DNA from: Octopus vulgaris
Taxonomy: Eukaryota
Reading direction: 5' to 3'
DNA: 64,000 nucleotides
Assembly: GCA_951406725.2 (NCBI GenBank)
Contig: OX597814.1
Span: 187,736,001 to 187,800,000, forward strand
Positions 35,135 through 48,617 of the stretch are shown here, piece by piece. Position numbers and translations under genes: made by a program. Positions within the stretch are counted from its first letter, which is position 1. The number at the start of each line of letters is the position of its first letter. Below the pieces are notes generated by a model that did not search any database, was not told the DNA's origin, and saw only the letters and a program-made list of their open reading frames with translations.

Positions 35135-36400
35135 AAGACTCTAGGAGTTAAAACAAATACTGCTTGAAAAACAATATCCATCACTGTAAATAGACAACGG
35201 AATAGAACATTCCAAAGCAATAGATATTGAAGAATTGTGAAAAACGAGAAAAACATTTCAGACACACACAATACTCTACCTTTCATTACAACATACTACC
35301 CACAAAATACAGAGGTTTACAACATTATCCATCAGAACATTCTACTATTGAGACAAAACCCAAGAATGAAACTCGAAATGCACAAAATAGTAAAAGCAAA
35401 AGATAATCAAAATACCAACAAAACTATCTGCCAGTGCTAAATTACCCCTCACAAATCCCAAACCAACAATTAAAAATTGTGATTACCCTAACAGTGAGAC
35501 TAGCATCAACCTCATTGAAGATAAAACATAAATTTAAATCAGGACAGATTTTTACCATAAAAATAATTGCTTGATGAAAAATTCACTATATGCTATTAAA
35601 CATAAAAGATGTAATGCAGATTACATAGGTCAAACAAAACTTACTCTCTGAAATAGACTGACAATTCATCATCAACAAATACAAGAGCCCAGTAGTAGAT
35701 AGATCCCACTGAGTGGGCACATAGGCATGTGTGCAAAAAATAAGTCCCCTAAATTTCAAGTCAGTCAATACCACAGATCAAGCAAGAATAAACAAGGAAA
35801 ATATATCCATACAAACTTTGACAAAGTTCATTCACCAACAACTACTCACACACAAACTCATTCTGCTACTTGACATGTTGAATTTACACATCCATCAACT
35901 TTAGCTTTGGACTCAGTCATGACTTTTTCTTGCTTGACATTAATGCACAAATTTAGTGGAGAATAAAATTTTATGTCTTCATAACCATTCAGCCACTGGA
36001 CTACATACAAACAACTCCTGTCCACTCTACTACTTGACAGATTAAATTTAGAGAGCCTTGATTGCTTGGGACTGTCACTAGACACATTCACTCAACCATG
36101 TCAGCTTTAACTTGACATGATATTAAAGCTTGGACAGAGGATGGTGGGCTTACAAAAATCTATAAGCCTAATCACATGATCATCCTCTGCCAATCAAATT
36201 GCATCCTAAGCAGAAACTAATTTGAGCCATGTTCTCTCTATAAAGAAGAGAAGTTTCAAACTCCAGTCAGAAGCAAGACAGTTGTGGCATATCACATCTT
36301 TTTACCTCAACTTTTGAAAATCAGAAAAACTTGTGAAACTGGTTAAGCCTTTAAAAATAAACAATCAAAAAGACTCCTTGTGCATTTTTAACTTATTTTT
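35135..36400 (+). mobile_element. Second Penelope-like relic in opposite orientation
   Basis: ELKQILLEKQYP..IDNGIE, LPFITTYYPQN, and YAIKHKRCNADYIGQT (GIY-YIG) in disrupted frames. Confidence 0.7.
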
Positions 36401-36416
36401 TCTATATGTGTGTGTG

Positions 36417-36454
<38 letters not shown>

Positions 36455-36810
36455 GGCTTTTCTTTCCATGGGTAAACCTCACCTGTCCTCCCCGTTACAC
36501 TTTATATTGATATTTCTGTGATAATGATCCCTATTCATCAATTTTTTCTTTTTCCTTTTATTTTTATTTCCCTCCCCTCCCCTTTCTTTTTTTTTTTTTG
36601 CTTTCCTCTTTCTTTCCTTTTACGATCCCTTTTGATCGAAAACCAAACCCCCTTTTTTTATCCCCAAAAAGAAAAGCTCTACCTTGTAATTTGTCCCGTC
36701 TATATGGCTAATAAAGAAATCTATATATATATCTTCCCAGACCCCGGTCGAAGCATCCAACCCATGCTAGCATGGAAAATGGACGTTAAGTGATGATGAT
36801 GATGATGATA

Positions 36811-36844
<34 letters not shown>

Positions 36845-36895
36845 GTATATAGATACACACACGTACACACACACTCACACACATACACACACACA

Positions 36896-36949
<54 letters not shown>

Positions 36950-36953
<4 letters not shown>

Positions 36954-38245
36954 GCTAGGCTAAATGTGATAATTTTTTAATGTCTTCTTTTTTCAGGAAC
37001 AGCCTGATATATTGGTGAACACTCAACTATATTGGAGAAGATAAAGATTAAAGTTGTAGCTGGAAAAATAGTTAGCTGACATGGAGGACTGAAAGCCACC
37101 TGAATATTGGTAAAGAGTTACCTGTATTATGATGATTCACACTAGGTATCAAAATGTCAACATCATGACTGCTGGTTAGTGCTCTGTGAACACTAAAGAC
37201 TGTAAGGTATAACATGGACACCTGCAACAGAGACTACATATCCATGAGTAGCAGGAAGGGATACAGCAGGTGATCTCAGTGTGTCCATATGTCAGGATAG
37301 ATCCAACAACTGTAGGACAAGATGATGAAAGATCTAAGCAAGGGAATTTGAGCTTTGACAAAAGAGATGGGTGTTGGAGTCACCACAATGAAACTGGCCC
37401 TGAATGACGATCTTCACTACCACTCATACAGTTGGTGCAAGGGACAAATTCTGACATCAAAGGCCAAGGAGCACTGTTTGACAAGGGCAAAGAAGCTCTT
37501 GAATAAACAGCAGTATCCTGTTGAGCCAGGGATGATCTGGTTCTTCTCAGATGAAAAGAACTTCTGCCAGGACCATTTGCACAGCACCCAGAACAACAAG
37601 TGGCTTGCCTACTATCCATGTGATATCCTATGTATCAGGAAAACCAAGTTCCTCAAACTGTGATGGTCTTTAGGTGTGTCTTCAGTGAGGGTGATATCAT
37701 ACTGCCCTACATCTATGAACAGAGCCTTAAGCTCAATTCAGATAGTTATGTAAAGCTGCTGGAAACCGTGGTCAAACCCTAGTTCAAGAGGGTTGGTGCT
37801 GGATGGTCATCTGTGTAGCAGTAGGAATCAGCTACTTGCTATAAATCTGTAAAGAATTGGAAGTGGTTGTCAGAGAATTTCTATGACTTCATCAACCACA
37901 ATTTCTGGCCTTCTAATTCCCTTGATTATAACACCATAGATTACTATGTGTAGGGTGCAATTGAGAAAGGCATCCATTGCTTTGCCTGCAACACCAAGGC
38001 TGAGCTGGTGGCCAAGATCAAGCAGGTGGTCAAAGATCTTCCCAAGGACACAGTAATGAATGTGTATGCCAGGTTCCAGAGCTGTCTCAAGGCTGTGGTG
38101 GAAGGTGAGAGTTGATGCTTTCAATAAACTGTTATCTTTCAGACATAATCAAGTTGATACTTTTTGGTTTTTTAAAATACTTGTATTTTGGGATGGAATA
38201 CTGCTTCCTTTTATGCACACTGCCAAATTTAGCCTGATCATCCTA
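36950..38245 (+). mobile_element. Tc1/mariner (maT/DD37D-like) relic
   Basis: WFFSDEKNFCQD, VMVFRCVFSEG, FWPSNSLDYNTIDYYV; inverted ends AGGCTAAAT / ATTTAGCCT. Confidence 0.8.
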
Positions 38246-38314
38246 TATATATATACACACACACCACACACCACATACACATACATACACTCACTGGGTT
38301 TTCAGTTTCCATCT

Positions 38315-38540
38315 CTTTTACTTGTTTCAGTCATTTGACTGTGGCCATGCTGGAGCACCAACTTTAGTTAAGCAAATCGATCCCAGGACTTATTCTTTGT
38401 AAGCCTAGTACTTATTCTATCAGTCTCCTTTGCCGAACCACTAAGTTACAGGGACATAAACACACCACCATCGATTGTCAAGCAAAGCTGGAGCGACAAA
38501 CACAGAAACACAAACATATACACACACATACATACATACA

Positions 38541-38576
<36 letters not shown>

Positions 38577-38755
38577 TATATATAAACATATATACGACAG
38601 GCTTTTCTCAGTTTCCGCCTACCAAATCCACTCACAAGGCTTTGGTCAGCCTGAGGCTATAGTAGAAGACACCTGCCCAAGGTGCCACGCAGTGGGAATG
38701 AACCCAGAACCATGTGGTTGGTAAGCAAACTACTTACCACACAGCCACTCCTGCG
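38315..38755 (-). mobile_element. SINE group A (full length)
   Basis: Reverse complement of 16-415. Confidence 0.9.
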
Positions 38756-39379
38756 ACTGTTAAATCCATTCACATAGCTTTGGTTGTCCTAGAGCTATGT
38801 AGATGATGCTTGCCTAAGGTGCTACTCATTGGAATTGAACCTGGAACCATGTGATTGGTTCTACGCCATGGAGTCAAGTATCAAAACAAGTATGCTTATT
38901 TAGGATTGAACACATTTCCTCAAAACTATCGAATGAATAAAAACATTTATACAGTGTTATGACTGAATGAATTCAAACAGGTAGTGTAATACCGTTCTAA
39001 GAACACAAAGGATTAGAGTTTAATATGTGTTAAAGAATAGTAAGTGATGTAATTGGCTTGAAAGCTCAAGGAGTAGAAATTATAGAACATCAGATGCTTG
39101 ATCTGATTCAAAGACATCAGGTTAGTTAGATAGTCAAAGAGATCAATAGGAAGATTATAACGATATTTTGGAGACAAAGAAGCAAGTTTGTCATTACATC
39201 TGCACTTTGAAAATGATGTTATGTCATGTGTAATATTTAGTAAGTTCTTAACATGTAGGAAGTTTGAAACTAACTGGAGCAATGAAATGAGAATATTTAT
39301 ATATCAACAGAATTTTTGATGATTCTCTCTGATCAATATTCAGCCAGCAGAGTTGTTGTATAGCAATCTTTGACATTAT

Positions 39380-39730
39380 CATGTCTGCATGTTGAATATA
39401 TAAACTGGACAGCAACGTTCTCAACATGTAATTTATTGATGTTTGCTCTACAACTCCAACAAAGAATTACACATATTGAGTCTCTCCAGGTTGAGCTGTT
39501 TACTTCTCTGCAATAAGAGGTCACAACTCCATTGCCACAGACATGTAATTAGAATGGCACAGGAAAAAATTGCAAGATATATTCTTCAAGCCAAGCCAAC
39601 TGGTAGGAGACTTAGGGGTAGACCAAGAACATAGTCTCTGTTAGTCAGACTTGGGAATCCAACTGGAAAATTTAATAACAGTTACTTCTGATAAGACCCT
39701 ATGGACTTTACTGTTGATCCATGATGAAGT
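39380..39730 (+). mobile_element. Old RTE-like LINE 3' coding remnant
   Basis: SQLHCHRHVIRM...ILQAKPTGRRLRGRPRT. Confidence 0.65.
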
Positions 39731-40237
39731 AGTACATGAACAGTGCAGTGTTGTAACCTGGGCGAGTACGTAGAGAGATGTTGATGTTAGGATGAATGGT
39801 GGCGATGGAGGACTTTACTCCCATGTCCCTCCCAGTAACAGTGGTCGACAAAGATGGATAGATGAGTAAAATAAAAATTTTGAAAGCAAAGATAAACAAT
39901 TATGAATATACTCTATTTTGCTGAGAAGGAGATAGCAATTCAGAAAACCTTACTAAGATGGTTGTTGAATATTAGTTGTGGGTTTTAATTAGATTCTCAA
40001 ATATTTCACAGTAAGGGTGAGTTGTACAATTTTATCAGTTTAGTAAAACTATCTTAGATATGGAGACACTATATTGAAGGAAGACATAGAGATTTATGTT
40101 TTGAATTCATTGAGCTTAAACATATAGGAATTTATCCATCATTTTCTTATATCACATTTTTACTATTTTCTCTTTTATCTGTAGCATACACTTCAGTAAA
40201 ATTCCTCTCCTCTCTATTATATATACATACATTCGAA

Positions 40238-41386
40238 TGTAGTAGATAACAGCTAACCTTTGGCCGCATTTTGGACCCTGTTGTGTCGACTACTCTGATT
40301 GGTTGGAATTGGCGCAATTTGTCTCTTGCTCTATCATGCATCAATATGCAACCCAACCAATCGCAGCTTTCAAATACCCAGCTTTGAGCCTACAACTCCT
40401 TATAAAAACCTAACTTTTCCTCATCTCAAGGTCTTTCAGTTCCAGACCTTTTAAGGTCTAGCCACTGACCACACAAGACACAGCCAGTTCCAGCAACAAC
40501 ACAACAGCCACCACGTGGAGACTCACCAACTTCGTCCAACAGCATTCAGCGACCTCCATCTCCTTTGCCACTATTTGTCCTAACATCAACATCTCTCTCC
40601 GTACTCACCCAGGTTACAACACTGTACTGTTCGTGAACTACTTCACCATGGATCAACAGCGAATATACAACCTGCAAGAACTCCTGTACCAAGTTACCCA
40701 GGCAGCAGCATTACAGCCACAACTTCACGTACGACACGTACCACAACCGGTTCTGCATCATTGCCACAACTTCTTGATACAGTATTTCAATTAATGTGTA
40801 CAATTGACAACGAAATGGTATTTATCATTCTTCACTGTCTCTTCTTCATCGCCATCCTTATATGTTCTTAATACGTGTACATCTATGCTTACATACACAT
40901 GCATACATCTTATTCTTATGACATCCTGTCTATTATTCTATATATATAATGCACACACAATCACACATGTTAACATATCAATAAATCTTCTCTTAACCCT
41001 TTCGTTACCAACCCGGCTGAAACCGGCTCTGGCTCTGAGTACAAATGTCTTGTTTTCATAAGTTTTGAATTAAAATCTTCCACCAGACCTTAGTCACAAT
41101 TTATGTTCCTAACACTAGCTGAGTGATAACTAAGTTATTTTAATTAAATTCTTTGTTATATTTAAAGTAATTGAAAGGAACACAGAGCATCTCAAAATAA
41201 ATACAGTAATGAAAGGGTTAAACATTTTACCCGGTTGAGTCTCTTATCTCGCTCTGGCACATATATGCATTGTTCAATTTATATTTATTGTATCGGCCGT
41301 GTGATGTACTAAGGAGCCATTCTCGTCTCCTCGCTTTGCACAGACGTCACAAATTGGAGACCCCATTCCAGCTCCTTGAAACTACA
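40238..41386 (+). mobile_element. Possible solo LTR
   Basis: TGTAGT...ACTACA termini; inverted ATTGG/CCAAT boxes; TATAAAA at ~40401; AATAAA at ~40979. No matching TSD found. Confidence 0.4.
40997..41217. mobile_element. piggyBac-like MITE
   Basis: TTAA|CCCTTTCGTTAC ... GTAATGAAAGGG|TTAA. Confidence 0.9.
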
Positions 41387-41663
41387 AAACAATTATAATG
41401 GGAGAAAGAGATACTCCACAGGTATCATAAACCTTCCATTCCATTATAAGTTAGAGGAAGAAGAACAACACTTATGGCTCGTTTCAGGATTTTCATGACT
41501 GGTAATTTGAAGGGAAGGAGTTATCTGTCTTCTGATCAAAGACATGGCCTCAATGTTTGCAATAGAAAGGACTTTGCTAAAGGTAATCAAGAGCCAGGTA
41601 GTGATGTTAAACTAGGCCAGCTCTACACTGTGATAGCAGATTTTAGCTTTTACAGAGTTTCTT

Positions 41664-42077
41664 ATTTCTTTATTGCCCACAAGGAGATAAACATAGAGGG
41701 GACAGACAAGGACAGACAAAGGGATTAAGTTGATTACATCACCCCCAGTGTGTAACTGGAACTTAATTTATTGACCCCGAAAGGATGAAAGGCAAAGTCG
41801 ACCTCGGCAGAATTTGAACTCAGAATGTAATGGCAGATGAAATACCTATTTCTTTACTACCTACAAGGGGCTAAACACAGAGGAGACAAACAAGGACAGA
41901 CATATGGATTAAGTCGATTATATCGACCCCAGTGCGTAACTGGTACTTAATTTATCGACCCTGAAAGGATGAAAGGCAAAGTTGACCTCGGCGGAATTTG
42001 AACTCAGAACGTAATGGCAGACGAAATACCGCTAAGCATTTCGTCTGGCATGCTAACATTTCTGCCAGCTCGCCACC
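41664..42077 (-). mobile_element. Dimeric group C SINE with TSD
   Basis: Two core and tail units under one head; flanks CTTTTACAGAGTTTCTT at ~41647 and ~42077. Confidence 0.88.
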
Positions 42078-42868
42078 TTTTACAGAGTTTCTTTTAACTA
42101 AAGAGTTTCTTTTAACTAAAGAGTTTCTTTTAACTAAAGTTCACTCATAAGACTTTTGTGGCCCCTAGACTATGGCAGAAAAACACCCTAGTGTTATGTG
42201 GTGGATCAACTTCCAAACCTTGAAGTTACAAAGACTTATTGACACAGCTACACCTGTAATCAAAAATGTCATTCTGAGGCTTCAAAAAATTGTAGTTATG
42301 TTTCAGTGATTAGCAAACTGAAACCCAAACACGTGATAAAAATATCTTAAACTGAGTTGAGTCCAGCAATGTTTATATTAACTGGAAGAGCCCAGAAATA
42401 AAAACAGGTCAGTAAGACACTGGTGTGCCATAAGATAGTGTATAGACAGCATATTGAAATTCACCCCAGCTGATGATCTATTCTCCAATAAAGAGAGATA
42501 GGTTTACATCAAGTCAGTTGATCCACTGTCTAGCTTTCCTTCTATTAATATTTAGCAGAATATTTTTACTCAAAGTATGTCAGCCATTTCCATAATCTGT
42601 ACTTGCCAATGCAATGATTTGGCTTTCTTGAATTCATCATTTTACCTTACATGTCATGCTGGCTTGTCATCTTACTTAATTTGCCCTTCAAATTCACATT
42701 GGACACCAACATAATGATGCACAATTAATCATCTCTTCATCTTACATTATCTGCCCTTCAAATTCATATTGAATACTGGTAAAATAATACTCTCTTAATT
42801 TGCCCTTCATTTTACCTAATCTACCCTTCAAATTCGTAATAAATACCAATACAATGATACTTGTTTAA

Positions 42869-43353
42869 CCCTTTAGTGTTCACATTATTCTGCCAAAATT
42901 AATCCTTTTTTATCCACATTGTTTTGAACTAATCTTGTAGCTATGAGATTTTGATGAGGTAGCTGTTAATTTTTAAAACGATATTGTAGGGTTGGTGTGA
43001 GAGACCAGATCTGGCCAGTTTGAACATAAAACAGGCAGACTACTTTGGCCAGATATCATCATCATCATCATCATCGTTTAACGTCCGCTTTCCATGCTAG
43101 CATGGGTTGGACGGTTCAACTGGGGTCTGGGAAGCCCGAAGGCTGCACCAGGCCAGTCAGATCTGGCAGTGTTTCTATAGCTGGATGCCTTTCCTAACGC
43201 CAACCACTCCGAGAGTGTAGTGGGTGATTTTATGTGCCACCGACACAGGTGCCAGACGAGGCTGGCGAACGGCCACACTCAGATGGTGTTTTTTACGTGC
43301 CAGCGGCACGGAGGCCAGTCAATGCGGTACTGGCTGGTTTAAATGCTAAAGGA
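42869..43353. mobile_element. piggyBac-like MITE with nested RTE tail (43056-43332, minus)
   Basis: TTAA|CCCTTTAGTGTT ... AATGCTAAAGGA|TTAA. Confidence 0.75.
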
Positions 43354-43979
43354 TTAATCCGCCCGTCAAATTCACTTTGTGCACCAATAGAATGATGCTC
43401 AATTTACTGTTTTCCATGCTTTACATATTCTGCATCCACTTAAATTCCACTGTCTCACAGCTACACATGTACAAACCATACAATCTAATTCTGTACAAAA
43501 TAATGAATCTTTTCTTTTCTTTGAGAACAGTAGTCATTTTTGCATCTTCTAATGACTTCGCCTTCCAAATGCTAAACTGTCTTTGATCTCACTCACAGCA
43601 TTTAATTGAATCACCTGAGAAACAAAAGATCTTTATTTCTTCTCTCAAAGATAATTGAATCTATGAACTACTTTTTCTTTTGTAATCAAATAAAAATAAC
43701 TAAACATAAAATTTGAAGATCAATATGGAAAATATTTTAATATAAATTCAAAAAAGCAAAATTAATATATAAATTTATAAGTTGATATATCTTAGGATTT
43801 CATTGTATAAATTATTTTTCCAATTATAATGATGAGGAAGATTTAAAAAAAAATACAGAATAATTATTTTGTAGGTGAAGTAATACAGATGATTAAATGC
43901 AGATAAATTAGATGCAGACGATTAAATTGGTCCTTCAAAAAGAAAAAAGAAATGATTAATCTCTTAGGCATGATCAAAT

Positions 43980-44360
43980 GAAGGCATGACTGTGTGACTA
44001 AGAAGCTTGCTTTGCAACTTTGGATTCAATCCTGACTGCATGGCACCTTGGGCAAGTATCTTCCTTCAACTATACTTCTGTGCTGACCAATGCCTTGTGA
44101 GTGAATTTAGTGGATGGAATCTGAGTGGACGTCTGTCATGTATGTGTGTGTGTGTGTTTTTAGATTTTTCTGTGTGTTTTTGTATTTGTGTATGTCTCCA
44201 CCTTCACTGGTTGATAAACTGGTGTTGGTTTGTTTACATCCACATAATACAGCAGTTTTGGAAAAGAGATTAGTAGAATAAGTGCCAGACTTCAAAAAAT
44301 TAAGTACCGGAGTTGATTCCAGCATGTCTGCAGTTCAGTGACTAAAACAAGTAAAAGACA
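43980..44360 (+). mobile_element. Diverged SINE group A
   Basis: Head, body and tail recognisable. Confidence 0.7.
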
Positions 44361-44574
44361 AATGAAAAAATATTTCAAAAATAATAATTATGGTTTCTAA
44401 TCTTGGTACAAGGCCAGCAATTTTGGGGAAAGGGCTAAGCCGATTAGATCAACTCCAGTACTTTATTTTATCGATGCCGAAAGAATGAAAGGCAAAGTTG
44501 ACCCTAGTGAAATTTGAACTCAGAACATAAAGATGGACGAAATGCCGTTTAGCATTTTGCCTGGCAGAGTAATT

Positions 44575-45113
44575 TGATTTTGGCGTCCGTGCTTGCGGGA
44601 TGCAAAGAGCACTATACCAGTGTGATCATTGACAGAGTGGCTAACCGGCTTCCATGCCAGTGGCACTTAAAAGGCACCATTCGAGTGTGATCGTTACCAG
44701 CGTCACCTTACTGGCACTCGGGCCCCGTGCTAGTAGGGTATTAAGAGCACCATCCGGGCGTGATCATTGCCAGAGCGGCTATCTAGCCTCTGTGCCGGTG
44801 GCACGTAAAAGACACCATTCGAGCGTGATCGTTACCTGCATCGCATTACTGGCACCTGTGCCGGTGGCATGCGTAATAGATTCAAACGCGGTCGTTGCCA
44901 GAACCGTGTGACTGGCCCCGTGCCGGTGGCACGTAAAAGCATCCACTACACTCTCAGAGTAGTTGGCATTAGGAAGGGCATCCAGCTGTAGAAACTCTGC
45001 CAGATCAAGATTGAAGCCTGGTGCAGCCATCTGGTTTGCCAGCCCGCAGTCAAAATCGTCCAACCCATGCTAGCATGGAAAGCGGACGTTAAACGACGAT
45101 GATGATGATGATG
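44575..45113 (+). mobile_element. RTE 3' UTR fragment with diverged tandem units
   Basis: CACCATTCGAGCGTGATCG units; ends GCATGGAAAGCGGACGTTAAACG(AT)n-like. Confidence 0.85.
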
Positions 45114-45379
45114 AGTAATGATTCTGCCAGCTCCCCACCTTATAATGGTTTCTAATTTAGGCACAAGACCAGAAATTTTGTGGGGAGGGGTATGTCAGTA
45201 CTATTGACACCAGTACATGACTGGTACTTTATTTCATTGATCCTGAAAGAATAAGAGGCAAGGTTGACTCCAGTTATATTTGAAGTCAGAATGCAAAGTT
45301 CAGAAGAAATATTAAAAGAAATACCTTGAAGCATTTTCTTCAACACTAATAATTCTGTCAGTTTACTTACAAGGTTATT

Positions 45380-45685
45380 TGTTGTTTGTTCCTTCTCAAG
45401 CCATGCCTGGCTCATTAGGGCCGGATTCCCGGTTTCCTTGGCATATAGGTTCCCCACCTGGACGGGATGCCGGTCCGTCGCAGGTGAGCTGCAAGATGCA
45501 GGAGGAAAGAGTGAGAGAAAGTTGTGGCGAAAGAGTCAGCAGAGGTTCCCCATTACCTTCTGCCGGAGCTGCGCGGAGCTTAGGTATTTCGCTCATAAAC
45601 ACACACATCGCCCGGTCTGAGATTCGAACCTGCGATTCCTCAGCCGCGAGTCTGCTGCTCTAACCACTAGGCCATGTACCTCCCC
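45380..45685 (-). mobile_element. SINE group D (tail type 2)
   Basis: Reverse complement of 14504-14805. Confidence 0.88.
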
Positions 45686-46350
45686 TAAAAATAAGGTAAG
45701 CAATCTTAATGAGAGGAGAAGTCAATGATATCGACATCAGCGCTCAACTGGTACATATTTTATCAACCTTAAAAATAAGAAAGCAGTTGACCTTTGTGGC
45801 ATTTGAACTTAGAACATAGAAAACCAAAAAAAAAAGTACCATCAAGCATTTTTCTAGTGTCCTAACAATACTGCTACCTCACTGTCTTAATAATCCTTTC
45901 TGCTATAGGTACAAAACCTGAAATTTGGGGGAGGGGGATAGTTGATTACATTGAGCCCAGTACTTGACTGGTACTTATTTTATTGACCTTAAAATGATGA
46001 AAGGCAAAGTCGACCTCGGTAGAATTTGAACTCAGAATGTGAAGACAGACGAAATACTGCTAAGCATTTTGCCTGGCATGCTTATGATTCTGCTAGCTTG
46101 CTACCTTCCATTGTCTTAATAATAATAATGGTTTTTCAAATTTTGGCACAAGGCCAGCAAGTTCGTGGGTGGCTGTAAAGAGATGATATTGACTCCATTG
46201 TTCAATTGGTACTTACTGACCCTGAAAGGATGAAAGGCAAAGTAGATCTTGGCAGAATATGAACTCAGAACATAAAGGTGAATGAAATGCTGCTAAGCAT
46301 TTTGTCCAGCATGCTAACAATTCTTCCAGCTAACCGCCTTAATAATAATG

Positions 46351-46385
<35 letters not shown>

Positions 46386-46799
46386 CCTTTCTACTAAAGG
46401 CACAAAGCCTGAAATTTTGGGGGAAGAGACTAGTTGATTACATCGACTCCAGTGTTTCACTGGTACTTAATTTATTGAGCCTGAGATAATGAAAAGCAAA
46501 GTCGACCTCAGGTGGCATTTGAACTCAGAAAGTGAAGATGGACAAAATACCATTAAGCATTTCACCTGGGGTGTTAAGGATTCTGCCAGTTCACTGTTTT
46601 AATAATAATAGTAACAATAGTAGTAATCTTTCCTACTATAGGTGCACAAAGCCTGAAATTTCGGCGGAGGGGAATAGTTGATTACAGCAACTCCAGTGCT
46701 TGACTGATACTAATTTTATCGGCCCTGAAAGAATAAAAGGCAAAGCTGACCCTGGCTTCGTTGTCGCTGTCGCCACCGTCGCCTGTCATCGTCGTCATC

Positions 46800-47358
46800 A
46801 ATGCCCTGATGCAGTACCAGACAGTGGTTCTCATGGCTTCTCATCTTAACTGATTGGAAGTGTTATCATGTACATTGTTTTGTCTTGGTATAAAAGATGG
46901 GCTACAGCAATTATTCTGCTCAATACCACAGATTTACTTGTCAGTTGTTTGACCTTAACCAGTTGATCATGTCCCTTAGTGGCTGACGATATGTGCATCT
47001 CTGATTACAAGCAGAAGTAGTGGGGGAGCATCATAGCCATGTGTTGAAAGGAATTCTTAGAGGTTTGGATAATTCACCTTTGGAAACATGGGTGGTTCAT
47101 TCAGCATTCTTAAACAATCCTTATTCAGGGACATTTTGAGTGGGATGGGCTACTCGACCAGAAGAAAATTCTAACTGGGCCCCACCTGCAAAGTCATGTG
47201 CTGTTTATCTTGATATGAGATCACCATTTCATGCACATATGGTTGTTGATGCATGTGCCTGGTGTACCCTTATCAGCTGGGTATATTGATGGGTATACTG
47301 GGCTTCATATATTTTACCCCAGTGTCACTTTGATGGCATGCACTGCTCTCTCACTCAA
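46800..47358 (+). mobile_element. Unclassified insert ending in (AAT)n
   Basis: Interrupts a group C SINE; balanced composition; ends CTCTCTCACTC(AAT)n like a retroposon 3' end. Confidence 0.4.
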
Positions 47359-47535
47359 TAATGATAATAATAATAATAATAATAATAATAATCCTTTCTC
47401 CTAAAGACACAAGGTCTGAAACTTTGGGGGAGAGGACTAGTTGATTACATCAACCCCAGTGTTTCACTGGTACTTTATTTATCAACCCTGAAAGGATGAA
47501 AGGCAAAGTTGACCTGGCGGAATAATAATAAATAA

Positions 47536-47573
<38 letters not shown>

Positions 47574-48115
47574 CCTTTCTACCATTGGTACAAGGTCCGA
47601 AATTTTGGGTAAGTGGGCTAGCTGATTACATCCACCCCAGTACTTGACTAGTACTTATTTTATCGACCCCCCCAAAAGTATGAATGTAATGTTGACCTTG
47701 GCAGAATTAGAACACAGAACAACATAAAGCTGGTAGAAATGTTGCAAAGCATTTTGTCTGGCATGCTAACAAGTCTGCCAGCTCACTGCCTTAACAACAA
47801 CAACAACAGTAGCAGTAACAGCAGCAGCAGCAGTTGCAGCAGCAACAACAACAACAATGATTTTGAATTTTGGCAGAAGGCCAGAAATTTTGGGAGAGGA
47901 AGTAAGTCAATGACATCGATCCCAGTACTCAACTGTTACTGACCCCATTTTATTGACCCCCAAAAGAATGAAAAGTAAAGTTGATCTCAGCAGAATTTGA
48001 ACTCAGAAGATGGAATGAAAATATTTTGGCCAGCATGCTAATGATTCTGCCAGCTCACTGCCTTACTACTACTACTACTACTACTACTACTACCCCACCA
48101 CCACTACTACTACTA

Positions 48116-48152
<37 letters not shown>

Positions 48153-48154
<2 letters not shown>

Positions 48155-48411
48155 GACACAGGAAAATACATCAAGCAAAAGTCGAAATTGTCCTTTTGAT
48201 ATTTGTGCACTTGGAACAGTTTCAAAGAATCTGGATGCAATACCTGAGATCTTAGGCATACTAGATATATTAAGGAGTGCACAAATGGCTGTGGTACTTG
48301 GAATAACTCCTGTGCTGTGGAAGATGTGCTTCTGAGCTGCAGGAAGCAGCTGAGGTATAATTACACACAACCCAGCCATAAGAGATCTATGTGTCGGAGA
48401 ACAACAATCCC
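48153..48411 (+). mobile_element. R4/Dong-like LINE 3' fragment inside (TAA)n
   Basis: ICALGTVSKNL...ILGILDILRSAQMAVVLG resembles the RLE C-terminus (IGALG...LQK.ALLGT); (AAT)n on both sides. Confidence 0.7.
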
Positions 48412-48429
48412 AATAATAATAATAATAAT

Positions 48430-48617
48430 TAATTCTTTTATTGGCCACAAGGGCTGACAAAAATTAATTATAACATAAAGGGACAAAACACAGGACGAAA
48501 GTTACAAAGGGTTTTGTCCGTTTGTAAAAATTGTGTAAAAACAGTGTAAGAACGAAAAATTATAACAATGAAAAACTCCCAATAGGGGGAGGTGCTTCGA
48601 AAGGTTCCTGGTGGAAT
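48430..48617 (-). mobile_element. Retroposon 3' UTR fragment related to a group C SINE tail
   Basis: Minus strand ends TTGTCAGCCCTTGTGGCCAATAAAGAA, similar to AGCCCCTTGTGGGCAATAAAGAAAT. Confidence 0.5.

Larger units (their letters stand above)
44392..48063 (-). repeat. Head-to-tail cluster of about 10 group C SINEs separated by triplet microsatellites, with nested inserts
   Basis: Copies start at about 44392, 45147, 45700, 45892, 46130, 46383, 46625, 47391, 47571, 47860; all minus strand. Confidence 0.85.
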
